Shown here: positions 28,462 to 38,319 of the stretch, piece after piece
Position numbering within the stretch: the first letter of the stretch is position 1
Layout of the letters: each line of letters starts with the position of its first letter
NCBI GenBank assembly: GCA_963693055.1
Contig: OY843751.1
Coordinates: forward strand, 3,330,359 to 3,394,358
Direction: 5' to 3'
Origin: a bacterium
Lineage (GTDB): Bacteria; Zhuqueibacterota; Zhuqueibacteria; Residuimicrobiales; Krinioviventaceae
Length of the DNA: 64,000 nucleotides
Notes under the pieces: generated by a model
Told to the model about the DNA's origin: nothing
The model's database searches: none
The model's input: only the letters and a program-made list of their open reading frames with translations
Program-made: the position numbers and the translations under genes

Positions 28462-30831
28462 TCATGGCACATACAACAACTTTATGGTAGCTTGCTGATT
28501 GTTTGCGATCAAGTGACACAAATAGAGTCCGGCGCTGACAGTTTGACCATTGTCATCAAGTCCGTCCCAGGATTGGGTATACTGCCCGGCGGATCTGTAT
28601 TCGTTCACCAGGGTGCGCACCTTTTGACCCAACATATTATATATAACGAGTTGTGCATTGCCCATGCCTGCAAGTTCATACTCTATCATTGTAGAGCTGT
28701 TAAAGGGGTTGGGATAGTTTTGCTTCAAACCAATTGTTCGAGGAATGACCGGGTCTTTTTCGTTAACCGAGGTGAGAACGCCCCGATATCTCAATAATCC
28801 AGAACCGTCTGTGACCGCGTATATGATTGACGGATCATTTTGGTCAAAACGGATTTTGTAACATATCCCCGAACCTTCAGGAAAAGCAGCCGGAAAGGGG
28901 CCCCAGGTCTCTCCCGCGTCATAACTTATATGTGCGTCAATACCGGCAGCAACAACAATATTACTATCTGCGGGATGTACAGCTATAGTATAATAAAAAT
29001 CATAAGGACAATCCAAATCACTTTCTATAAAAGACCAACTTTTCCCCCCATCGACTGATTTTAAAAGCCCGTTAAAATAATTTGTTGCCCATACTGTTTG
29101 TTCGTTTTGTGGATTACAACACATATCATAAACTATAAATATGTGCTGTTGTTTTCCCTCATTAGCAAAAGTCCAGTCCAAACCGTTTTCAGAATAATAA
29201 ACTCCATGCATAGAATTTACATTACCATAATCTGTACCTAATAAAAAATTACATCCATCAAGTGAATTCACAAAAACAACAGGCAAAGATTCTTCTGCAA
29301 ACAATACCTTCTGCCAATCTTTACCCTTGTTAACCGTACGAAACAAACCTACATTCGTCCCCGCAAAGAGCAAGCTATCTGAAAATGGAAAAATGGTAAA
29401 CAAAATGCCAATATCATTAGAAAAAAATCTGTCAATTCCATCAACTTTACTAAAAGTTGGTGTTGAACAAACAATATCCATCGCAATATCATTATATTGA
29501 TTATCGTAACCGTTTGTCAATACTGTCCAAACCTTATTTTCGATATTTGTTTGCTTTATATCATTTATTGTACAAAAACCACTGTCAATTTGAGCGTCAT
29601 ACCAGTCACCGTCACCACATTTATAATACATGCCCGCGCCATCTGTGCCATAGTATAGATTTGTTTCAGGTCCGCTATCATCGATCAACAAGGATCTGCC
29701 GGCAAGTCCATCCATTCCCTCAACTTTGCGCTGCCATTCTGTTTCATCTATATCTCGTTTATAAAATCCTTCTTCGGTACCCAGCAACACCTTGTTACCG
29801 TTCACCTGAATGCAATTAACGCTAATACATTCCAATCCGTTATTATCGGTCCGCCAGGTTTTACCGCCATCTTTGGTTTGAATTATACCTTGCGACGTAC
29901 CCACAAACAGGGTACTGTCATTTGTCTGAACAATGGCACGAATGAGTTTATTAGGCAGAATATCCGGAGATATATTTTCCCATGTCTGACCATTGTCCAC
30001 CGATTTATACAAACCATTAAAGAGTCCCGCATACAGTTCTCCTTTTGTAAATGGACTGCAATACAAGGTTACCACCCGTTTATCGGATGTTATGGGAGAG
30101 ATATTATTCCATTGCCCAATTCCCCGATTTGTATTGATATAAATTCCATTCAGCGTACAGGCATATAAATAATCACTGTTGTGTGGAGAGATGTACAATC
30201 CGGTTATGTCCGTTGAACCCAGACCGATATTATTTTCATGCCAGGTTGTACCATTGTCAATTGTATAATGAAACCCCCAACCAAACATACTATTTCCACG
30301 ATACAAACCGGTATATATAATATTCTCATCTTCCGGATGTGAGACAATACTGGAATGAATGGCACCAGAACCCAAATAAAAAATAAGGAGCTCCCAGTTC
30401 TGTCCCTTGTCAGAGCTGTTATAAAAACCATGCTCTGTTGCAACCAGTACTCTATTGTGTAAATAATTAATATCAATTGTATTCTTTGATAAAAGAGCCG
30501 GAATAATTCTCTCTGTATCCAAAAGATACCTGGCCCAGGAATTCCCACCGTCACACGATCTGTAAATGCCACTTTGCTTTGTCGCTGCAAGTATCGTGTC
30601 TTTGCTGATACAACAAATGTCAGAAATGGCAGAACCCTGCGGGCCATAGGTTTCCCAGTCACTGGTATATGGCCCGGAATTGTTTATCGTTCTGTAATGC
30701 GGATTGAATGCATTTGTATCTCGATTAAAAACGCCCCAACGATTGGGATTTTCAAACAAATTCAAATCAAGACCTAAAGCAATTTGACTTTGTAATAAAA
30801 GAACTAAACAACAGATTACATATTTGCTCAT
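28462..30831 (-). CDS. Secreted BNR/Asp-box repeat beta-propeller protein with a T9SS C-terminal sorting domain (paralog 1)
   Basis: Signal peptide MSKYVICCLVLLLQSQIALG. There are at least 8 SxDxGxTW-type repeats (CDGGNSW, DKGQNW, DNGTTW, DNGQTW, DGGKTW, NKGKDW, DGGKSW, DAGETW). The C-terminus NYPNPFNSSTMIEYEL...LLYVP is a T9SS CTD. Confidence 0.85.
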   Translation of the reverse strand: MSKYVICCLVLLLQSQIALGLDLNLFENPNRWGVFNRDTNAFNPHYRTINNSGPYTSDWETYGPQGSAISDICCISKDTILAATKQSGIYRSCDGGNSWARYLLDTERIIPALLSKNTIDINYLHNRVLVATEHGFYNSSDKGQNWELLIFYLGSGAIHSSIVSHPEDENIIYTGLYRGNSMFGWGFHYTIDNGTTWHENNIGLGSTDITGLYISPHNSDYLYACTLNGIYINTNRGIGQWNNISPITSDKRVVTLYCSPFTKGELYAGLFNGLYKSVDNGQTWENISPDILPNKLIRAIVQTNDSTLFVGTSQGIIQTKDGGKTWRTDNNGLECISVNCIQVNGNKVLLGTEEGFYKRDIDETEWQRKVEGMDGLAGRSLLIDDSGPETNLYYGTDGAGMYYKCGDGDWYDAQIDSGFCTINDIKQTNIENKVWTVLTNGYDNQYNDIAMDIVCSTPTFSKVDGIDRFFSNDIGILFTIFPFSDSLLFAGTNVGLFRTVNKGKDWQKVLFAEESLPVVFVNSLDGCNFLLGTDYGNVNSMHGVYYSENGLDWTFANEGKQQHIFIVYDMCCNPQNEQTVWATNYFNGLLKSVDGGKSWSFIESDLDCPYDFYYTIAVHPADSNIVVAAGIDAHISYDAGETWGPFPAAFPEGSGICYKIRFDQNDPSIIYAVTDGSGLLRYRGVLTSVNEKDPVIPRTIGLKQNYPNPFNSSTMIEYELAGMGNAQLVIYNMLGQKVRTLVNEYRSAGQYTQSWDGLDDNGQTVSAGLYLCHLIANNQQATIKLLYVP

Positions 30832-30859
30832 TACAACACTCCCCTGGTAAAAAATATGA

Positions 30860-33205
30860 TCACGGCAAATACAACAGCTTGATAGTAGTTTGTTGATTGT
30901 TCACAATCAAGCGGCACACATAGAGTCCGGCGCTGACGGGTTGACCATTGTCATCATGTCCGTCCCAGGATTGGGTATACTGCCCGGCCGATCTGTATTC
31001 GTTCACTAGGGTGCGCACCTTTTGCCCCAACATATTATATATAACGAGTTGTGTATTACCGTTTCTCGCAAGTTCATACTCTATCATTGTAGAGCTGTTA
31101 AAGGGGTTGGGATAGTTTTGCTTTAAACCAAATCTTCGAGGAATGGCCGGGTCTTTTTCGTTAACCGAGGTGAGAACCCCCTTGTAACAAAGCAAACCGT
31201 TGCTGCTGGTAGCGATATAAAGAACATCAGGATCACCAGGATCAAAATGTGCGTCGTAACACATTCCCGAGCCCGGGGGCAGCGACTCTTTAAATAACTG
31301 CCAGCTCTCACCCGCGTCATAACTGATACATACATCGGTTCCCGCGGTTACCACAATATTAGTATCAACCGGATTTACACACAAAGTAAAAGGTTCCGTA
31401 TCCAAACTATCAGAATCAAAATCATTCCGGCTCCAGGTTACACCCCTGTTTTTAGATTTAAAAATGCCTTGATACATATTTATCGCATAAACCGTATTTG
31501 AATCCAACGGATTTATCTCGATTTCGTTAATCAAATAAACATCCTGACTAAACGGCCCCTCCGCAAGCTGCCAGTTTTCTCCCATATCCTGAGAAATGTA
31601 AATACCATTTGGATCTGTCTCCTTGTTACTAATAGTACCCAAAAGCAAAGTATTGTCAATCCGAACAATTCGGTTAACACCAATGTTCAGATTATCAAAA
31701 GATTTACTCTGCCATGCTTCTCCTCCATTATAAGAAACAAACATCCCATTATTGGTGCCCATAAACATGCGGCTTTCTTTACATTCACAAATAGTGTTTG
31801 GTGCACCAATCAAATCCTCTTTGAATTGGTATATTGTACCAAAATTTTTATTTGCAATATCATAGCGGAACAATGGCATGAGTGTATCATCATATTCTTG
31901 GTTATAACCGGTAACAGATAGCTGGTAAAACGATTCATTGTCATTCGATACACACAAGTCTTCAATTCTGCAAAAACCACTATCCACATTAGCATCTTGC
32001 CAACCACTTCCGTCTGCCTTGAAATACATACCCGCCCCTAATGTTCCGGCATAGATTACGGTACCGGTGTCTGTAGATATTAACTCAAAATCATTTATAG
32101 ACATGGCATTTAAACCGTTTGTACGACGATACCAGATACTATCTTTCAAAGATTTTGTATAAAGCCCTTCCCCAGTTCCAAGCCAGATTTCCTCGTCAAC
32201 ATATAAAAGCGTACGAACATAACAATTATTCAACCCTGTATGATCAGTTTGCCAGCTTGTTCCACCATCTTTACTTTTAAAGAGACCATTTTGAGTACCC
32301 ACATATAATATGCTGTCATCCATCGCAATAATATTGTGAATAATAGTACCATTCGAAATTTCAGGATTGATATTCTGCCAATTCTTACCTCCGTTAACTG
32401 ATTTGTACAACTCGGTATACAATCCCACATACATGATGTCAGAATTATTGGGATCAATGCACAAAGTAGTTACCGGTCCCGCTGGTAAATCATCGCCCAC
32501 ACGCTCCCATTCTACCAACCCGCTATTACGGTTTAAATACAGACCATCCATGGTACAGGCGTATAACCAATCATGTTTATCAGGGGAAAAAACTAAATCC
32601 ACAACATCAGCATTACTCAGGCCTTCATTATTGCAATCCCAACTAATCCCTGAATCATTTGTGTACCATACACCTTGTAAACCAAACAAATCACTATATA
32701 CACCCACATAATAGGTTAACGAATCCAAAGGGTCAACAATAACATTGAATGCCCCAAAAGTGTTAAATAAAATCTGCCAGGATTCACCCAGGTCATCGCT
32801 GCAAAACAAACCAGCATCCGTCGACGCAAGAATACGATTTCCGGAAAAACAAACATCTCGCGCAACCATTGTATTGAACCACTTTTCATCAATAATCAAT
32901 TTTTCCCAGCTCTGCCCCTTTTCATAGCTTTTATAAAAACCAGCCTGACCTGCACCAACAACCATAAAATCACTTTGTGAATCTATCGCCAGACATGAGA
33001 CACGCCCGCCCTCAGGGCCCGTGAATTCCCAGGCACCGGTATAAGACCCAGTACTTTCTACCACTCTAAAACACAGATTGAACGCATTTATGCCTCGATT
33101 AAAAGCGCCCCAACGATTGGTATTTTCAAACAAATTCAAATCAAGACCTAAAGCAATTTGACTTTGTAATAAAAGAACTAAACAACAGATTACATATTTG
33201 CTCAT
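30860..33205 (-). CDS. Secreted BNR/Asp-box repeat protein with a T9SS C-terminal sorting domain (paralog 2)
   Basis: The signal peptide and 5' leader are identical to paralog 1 (GGGGAG RBS). The CTD is about 93% identical at the nucleotide level, while the core is divergent and BNR-rich (EKGQSW, DSGISW, NGGKNW, DGGTSW, NGGEAW, DMGENW, NRGVTW, DAGESW). The start is chosen at the M of MSKYVICC. The ORF-track start at 33238 is 11 codons upstream. Confidence 0.85.
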   Translation of the reverse strand: MSKYVICCLVLLLQSQIALGLDLNLFENTNRWGAFNRGINAFNLCFRVVESTGSYTGAWEFTGPEGGRVSCLAIDSQSDFMVVGAGQAGFYKSYEKGQSWEKLIIDEKWFNTMVARDVCFSGNRILASTDAGLFCSDDLGESWQILFNTFGAFNVIVDPLDSLTYYVGVYSDLFGLQGVWYTNDSGISWDCNNEGLSNADVVDLVFSPDKHDWLYACTMDGLYLNRNSGLVEWERVGDDLPAGPVTTLCIDPNNSDIMYVGLYTELYKSVNGGKNWQNINPEISNGTIIHNIIAMDDSILYVGTQNGLFKSKDGGTSWQTDHTGLNNCYVRTLLYVDEEIWLGTGEGLYTKSLKDSIWYRRTNGLNAMSINDFELISTDTGTVIYAGTLGAGMYFKADGSGWQDANVDSGFCRIEDLCVSNDNESFYQLSVTGYNQEYDDTLMPLFRYDIANKNFGTIYQFKEDLIGAPNTICECKESRMFMGTNNGMFVSYNGGEAWQSKSFDNLNIGVNRIVRIDNTLLLGTISNKETDPNGIYISQDMGENWQLAEGPFSQDVYLINEIEINPLDSNTVYAINMYQGIFKSKNRGVTWSRNDFDSDSLDTEPFTLCVNPVDTNIVVTAGTDVCISYDAGESWQLFKESLPPGSGMCYDAHFDPGDPDVLYIATSSNGLLCYKGVLTSVNEKDPAIPRRFGLKQNYPNPFNSSTMIEYELARNGNTQLVIYNMLGQKVRTLVNEYRSAGQYTQSWDGHDDNGQPVSAGLYVCRLIVNNQQTTIKLLYLP

Positions 33206-33475
33206 TACAACACTCCCCTGGTAAAAAATTATGTTCATGGCGCAATAAATAATTTATTGATTGTTTAAAGTTAAACAACACAACAAAATAACAATATAAC
33301 CATACGCATTTTACACACCAGACACCCCCAAATGGATATTATGGTTTGGAATTACATTATAAATGCCTAACTTTTATTATTGTTCCCCATAAAACACATT
33401 TTCTTGATCTACATCAAGGAAATATATCTAAAAAACAGGTATATTTCTATACATCATATAGCAGGAGGAGACGTA

Positions 33476-33733
33476 ATGACATCAACCAAAGTAACCTCTA
33501 AAACCAACAGTAAGGTCAGTCAATATGACTCGTTTACAGTACGGGTTATGGACTGTCTGGACGAATTGTACACAACCGCTGTAAGGCTGACAAAAGACAT
33601 GCCGAAAGCGGAACAGCTTGTACAAACCACTCTTGAAAAGGGAGCTAAAATTTACAAACCAGAAAGCTCGGCAGTTATTCGTGTTTGGCTTTTGGAAATC
33701 ATGACGCAAACCTATTACGCATCCGCAAACTAG
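33476..33733 (+). CDS. Small protein resembling sigma-70/ECF sigma factor region 2 only (no region 4)
   Basis: A strong CAGGAGGAG RBS lies 6 nt upstream. The 85-aa product ...FTVRVMDCLDELYTTAVRLTKDMPKAEQLVQTTLEKGAKIY...IRVWLLEIMTQTY matches the region-2 pattern (AEDLVQETF...WL..I). It ends 15 nt before the next gene. Confidence 0.5.
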   Translation: MTSTKVTSKTNSKVSQYDSFTVRVMDCLDELYTTAVRLTKDMPKAEQLVQTTLEKGAKIYKPESSAVIRVWLLEIMTQTYYASAN

Positions 33734-33748
33734 ATCCATTGCGAGGCT

Positions 33749-34819
33749 ATGAAATCACTAAAATCATTGATACTCTGGCTGGGATTCGATTTTAGCCGTA
33801 ACAAATTTACAATTCAGCCCTGGCGGCGTGTGGTTCAGTATCTGTTTTTGCTTACGCTGATTTGGATTGGGGTCCAGTTTAGCATTTGGATAGACCAATT
33901 GCAAAATGGACAAACACCGGGTGTCAGCCGTCCTCCGGGTGTAGAAGGGTTTCTGCCTATCAGCGCGCTTATGAGTTTGAAATACTGGGTATTAACCGGG
34001 GTATTCAATACAATCCACCCATCATCACTTGTCATTCTAATCATCGTTATAGTGATGGCAGTGACACTGAAAAAAGCTTTTTGCTCATGGGTGTGCCCTT
34101 TTGGATTACTGTCCGAATATCTTGCCAAAATCCATGTTTGGTTGTTTGACCGTCCCCGTCAATTGCCACGCTGGATCGATTATCCGCTTCGCTCTATTAA
34201 ATACCTGCTGCTGCTCTTTTTTGTATGGGCCATTTTTGCAGGCATGGATGTAACCGCGTTAAAGAAATTTATCTACAGTCCATACAACCGGGTGGCTGAT
34301 ATTAAAATGTACCAATTCTTTGCAGATCCCTCCAATCTTACAATTTATGTACTGATTGGGTTGGTATTGTTATCCATTCTTGTTCGGCATTTCTGGTGTC
34401 GGTATCTCTGTCCCTATGGCGCCATGCTGGGGGCATTGAGCTGGATAAGCCTGTACAAAATCAGACGTAACACAACAACCTGTATCGACTGTGAGAAATG
34501 TACAAAGGTTTGCCCTTCAAACATTGTTGTTCATAAAGTCAAAAGCGCACACAGCGATGAATGCCATGCATGCATGCAGTGTGTGGATGCATGTCCGGTC
34601 AAAGACACGCTATACCTGTCTGCTCTGGGTAACAAGCTCCGTTTACGCAAATGGATGCCGTTAATCATTGTACTCTTGTTCCTGGGTGGCAGCCTGATTG
34701 CACGGGGACTCGGACTCTGGCAAAACTCAATCTCTACAGAAGAGTATAAATCCCATATCAAAAATATCAACTCTCCCATGTATCACCATGCCCGCGGGCA
34801 GGTGCCAAATTATGAATAA
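33749..34819 (+). CDS. NapH/MauN/NosR-like polytopic membrane 4Fe-4S ferredoxin-type protein
   Basis: Several TM helices are present, with the CxxxCP motifs CSWVCPFGLL and CRYLCPYGAM and two ferredoxin clusters, CIDCEKCTKVCP and CHACMQCVDACP. Confidence 0.75.
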   Translation: MKSLKSLILWLGFDFSRNKFTIQPWRRVVQYLFLLTLIWIGVQFSIWIDQLQNGQTPGVSRPPGVEGFLPISALMSLKYWVLTGVFNTIHPSSLVILIIVIVMAVTLKKAFCSWVCPFGLLSEYLAKIHVWLFDRPRQLPRWIDYPLRSIKYLLLLFFVWAIFAGMDVTALKKFIYSPYNRVADIKMYQFFADPSNLTIYVLIGLVLLSILVRHFWCRYLCPYGAMLGALSWISLYKIRRNTTTCIDCEKCTKVCPSNIVVHKVKSAHSDECHACMQCVDACPVKDTLYLSALGNKLRLRKWMPLIIVLLFLGGSLIARGLGLWQNSISTEEYKSHIKNINSPMYHHARGQVPNYE

Positions 34820-34821
34820 AT

Positions 34822-34860
34822 AAAAAAAAGGCGTCCTCCACAAACAAGACGCCTTTTTCT
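34822..34860. terminator. Bidirectional terminator between the NapH-like gene (+) and the chemoreceptor gene (-)
   Basis: A8-AGGCGTC-(12-nt loop)-GACGCCT-T5: a GC-rich 7-bp stem flanked by A- and T-runs. Confidence 0.7.
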
Positions 34861-34879
34861 CGGAGGAATTGGGTATTTT

Positions 34880-36832
34880 TTATTGGGTAAGGTTAAATGT
34901 ATTTACAAGATCACTCATCTGCTTTGCTTGCTGCGACAACTCTTTGGCGGAACTTGCAGACTCTTCCGCATTTGCAGCGTTTTGTTGAGTGATTCCGTTC
35001 ATCTGTTCTACGGCACTATTGATCTGTTCCAGTCCATCATTTTGTTGCTCAGAAGCGGCCGCAATCTCTGCCATAATTTCACTAAACTTTACTACTTTTT
35101 CGGTTATCTCTTGTAGGTTTTCAAGCACCTGCTCATTCAGAGATACACCTTCACTGGTATTACGAATTGAATCTTCAATCAATTGGGATGTTTCCCTTGC
35201 AGATTCGGCGCTGCGCTGCGCAAGGTTTCTCACCTCTTCCGCAACAACTGCAAATCCTTTACCTGCTTCACCGGCACGTGCTGCCTCAACCGCTGCATTC
35301 AATGCAAGCAAATTGGTTTGAAATGCAAGTTCATCAATCGTCTTGACCACTTTGGAAGATTCATCGGATGATGTTTTTATTTTGCCTATAGCTTCAGAAA
35401 GCTGCTCCATGCTTTTCATACCTTTTTCAGTGCTAGTCTTGGCAGAGTGTGTTAAATTGTTAGCAACCTGGGCATTACTGCTGTTCTGCTTGATCATTGA
35501 AAGCATTTCCTGCAAGCTACTTGCAATCTCTTCCAGAGAGCTGGCCTGTTCGGTTGCGCCCTGAGCGGTGGACAAGCTGCTGTCATCTATCTGTGCGGAT
35601 GCCGAAGCAACCTGTGATGCTCCTCTGGCAACATCCAGCATGGCTTTATCGAGATTTTCAACAGCATCATTCAATGAATTTTTAATCATTGCATGATCAC
35701 CACGATACTCCCCATTCATTCGGGCATGCAAATGACGGTCAGCCACTTTGGCAAGCACAGCCGAAGCTTCATTGATAGGTGTTAGCACTGAATCCAGTGT
35801 ATTGTTTACACCTTCTATAATGGATTTAAAACTACCATTATGAAATGAGCTTTCTATACGATAAGACAGTTCTCCATTTTGAGCAGATTGAGCGAGTTGG
35901 TTAATATCATTGACCATCAATTCAATACTGGATTTCATGGTCTTCATTGAAAGACCCAGGGTATCCTGATCGGATGCCAGGTTTATATCATAACTCAGAT
36001 CACCATTCGATATTTTTTCGGCCATCTTTGCTTTATCTTGTAATGCAATATTCAAAGTTTTAAAGGCATTTGCCAATTTACCTACTTCATCTTTTTGGTC
36101 AATATGTATTTCATTGTCCAGATTTCCTTTGCCAATTTCCTGTGCAATATTTGTAATGAGCTTTAAAGGTTTGGCAACACCTTGCCCTATTACAATAATC
36201 AACACAACGCCACTAAGAAAGCCAAACAAAATAACAAAAATCAACCCAAGAGATTTTGCTTTATAATCTTTTGTTGATACATTATGAGCATCAGAAGCTT
36301 TTTGTAATAAAATTTCCGTAATTACATTTAAATGTTCTCTGGCTGTATTAAATTTATCATTGGCCTCTGAGAGTGAGAGCTGTATTGCATTTTCTTTACT
36401 CACCTCATCACCGTTTTGGCAGAGATCAATTACACGCTGAGAAACCTGTTGCCATTCTTTAAAATCACTCTCAAATTGAGGGATAATTTCATGTTCACGA
36501 TCTGAAGTAGCCAGCTTGGTATAATTTGTCCAACGTTCATAGGTCTGATCAACATTTTCCAGATAATCTGCTACAAATTGTTTAAATACTTCTGTACCAC
36601 TCGTTTCAAAAAATAGAGAGCGTTCAGCAACCAATGCTTGCTGCATATCACGGTCTGCTTCAATCAAATAGTCCATACCGGGCATGCTGATTGAAAAGAT
36701 TTCATCTAATGTTTTATCAATTTTTGACATGCTGCTGTATCCTACCAGTCCTACAATAACCAGCAGCAAAATCATGAGAGAAAATCCTATAGTTAGTTTA
36801 ATTCCAATTCCAAGATTATTTACAATTTTCAT
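34880..36832 (-). CDS. Methyl-accepting chemotaxis protein (TM1, periplasmic sensor domain, TM2, HAMP, MCP signalling domain)
   Basis: N-terminal TM segment [22 protein letters not shown] and second TM segment [20 protein letters not shown]. The highly conserved signalling hairpin reads ...[16 protein letters not shown]...[39 protein letters not shown]. Confidence 0.92.
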   Translation of the reverse strand: MKIVNNLGIGIKLTIGFSLMILLLVIVGLVGYSSMSKIDKTLDEIFSISMPGMDYLIEADRDMQQALVAERSLFFETSGTEVFKQFVADYLENVDQTYERWTNYTKLATSDREHEIIPQFESDFKEWQQVSQRVIDLCQNGDEVSKENAIQLSLSEANDKFNTAREHLNVITEILLQKASDAHNVSTKDYKAKSLGLIFVILFGFLSGVVLIIVIGQGVAKPLKLITNIAQEIGKGNLDNEIHIDQKDEVGKLANAFKTLNIALQDKAKMAEKISNGDLSYDINLASDQDTLGLSMKTMKSSIELMVNDINQLAQSAQNGELSYRIESSFHNGSFKSIIEGVNNTLDSVLTPINEASAVLAKVADRHLHARMNGEYRGDHAMIKNSLNDAVENLDKAMLDVARGASQVASASAQIDDSSLSTAQGATEQASSLEEIASSLQEMLSMIKQNSSNAQVANNLTHSAKTSTEKGMKSMEQLSEAIGKIKTSSDESSKVVKTIDELAFQTNLLALNAAVEAARAGEAGKGFAVVAEEVRNLAQRSAESARETSQLIEDSIRNTSEGVSLNEQVLENLQEITEKVVKFSEIMAEIAAASEQQNDGLEQINSAVEQMNGITQQNAANAEESASSAKELSQQAKQMSDLVNTFNLTQ

Positions 36833-36855
36833 TTCAAACTCCTCAGATCAATATA

Positions 36856-37839
36856 TTAGAATGCACCCTGGAATAAAAATTGGACTGAATCAGCCCCATC
36901 CAAATCAGACATCACATAGTTAAATTGAATTTTAGATTGTTTACGAACATCAGGATTTAAAAAGATATTAAATCCCACTGTTACAAAAGACTGATCTTTA
37001 CTATTATCTGTAAGATCATTAGACTCGTACTTGACGATCGGCTGCAAAAAGGGTTTTAATAAATATCCGGCTTGAGCATAATACACAACTCCATCAGAAG
37101 CATCTGCCTGAAAATCATCACGTGTCATATACTCTCCTTTTAATTCAATCTTTTTAACAGGTGTTAGTTGTATACCCACACCGGCCACGTTTACATTTTC
37201 CTGACCTTCAACACTGGTCAAAGCAGAACCCCAGTATGCTTCTGCATGCAGTTTTTTCGATGGGTCCACATTCACACGTCCAACCAAAGTATAATCATTA
37301 CCAACAGCAGGATCACCAACGTCGATTGCTTTACTGGGGCCGGCATTAAAAACACCCGCAGCAAAGCCAAAACCATATTTTCCAATACCACTCATATGCA
37401 GCATGGCACCGGTATCAAAATGGAAAATAAACTTTTGCGCATAACCACGTTTAACAAAATCCAGACTGTGAGCACCGGTATTCCACTCCATGCCAATGGG
37501 CGTTTTCATCTTTCCAACCGACAAACGGAGCTTTTTGTATGGTTTTACAGTAACCATAGCATAATTGATTAGCTTGGGGGTATCTCCATCAGGACCAATG
37601 CCCTCGGGAGAATCAATAACATCAATCAATAATTTGTAATCCATATATTCATTCAGAGCCCCGGAGAGTCCAAATCGAACACGTTCAAATCCAAATACAA
37701 ATGCTTTATTGTCCTCAGATTTAATAATACTGGTTTGAGTATATCCACCCCATTTTAATGTAGGCTTATCCTGAGAAAAAGTAATCTGCGACAAGGACAG
37801 GATGAAAACAAATAGCAACAATACCCAAGTTTTTAACAT
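36856..37839 (-). CDS. Outer-membrane beta-barrel porin (OprO/P-like or generic porin)
   Basis: Signal peptide, then alternating amphipathic beta-strands and a C-terminal ...FLFQGAF with an aromatic terminus typical of OMP barrels. Confidence 0.55.
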   Translation of the reverse strand: MLKTWVLLLFVFILSLSQITFSQDKPTLKWGGYTQTSIIKSEDNKAFVFGFERVRFGLSGALNEYMDYKLLIDVIDSPEGIGPDGDTPKLINYAMVTVKPYKKLRLSVGKMKTPIGMEWNTGAHSLDFVKRGYAQKFIFHFDTGAMLHMSGIGKYGFGFAAGVFNAGPSKAIDVGDPAVGNDYTLVGRVNVDPSKKLHAEAYWGSALTSVEGQENVNVAGVGIQLTPVKKIELKGEYMTRDDFQADASDGVVYYAQAGYLLKPFLQPIVKYESNDLTDNSKDQSFVTVGFNIFLNPDVRKQSKIQFNYVMSDLDGADSVQFLFQGAF

Positions 37840-38319
37840 AATACTACTCCTTTACTGTAAATATCTTTGGGACACAATTCCAGAATTTCAGAATTGAATC
37901 AAACCAAAAGACATTCACAAATTTATACTAATAAACGACAATGAACTCCACTCAAAATGCATGCCACAAATATAAATCATTTAAGAACTGATATTTAAGT
38001 GCCGCGATTCACTACACTAAAACTTTTTCTTGCTTTACAGGAAACCACAATTACTGCGAAAAATATATAAAAATTCATACATTTCAACCACTTCTTTAAA
38101 AAGCATTCCTGCAAATTGCGTCATAAATAATTGCATAAACCTAAATCATTCCCAAGATGAAACATAATACAAAAATTCAGAAAAATAGTTCACATATAGA
38201 TACATTTTTCTCTCAAATGTCAGTATTTTTTAAGAAATTTTTAATTGATATAAACGTTTTATAATTTAAGAACGTCTAATATTCAAGTAACCAAAAAACA
38301 AAACGTCAACGAGGGGTAT

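Noticed and set aside
33380-33475. The upstream part of ORF 33380-33733, MFPIKHIFLIYIKEIYLKNRYISIHHIAGGDV, was considered as the real N-terminus of the sigma-like protein.
   Set aside because: It is an AT-rich low-complexity translation with no RBS. The strong SD CAGGAGGAG sits immediately before the internal ATG at 33476, which therefore looks like the genuine start.
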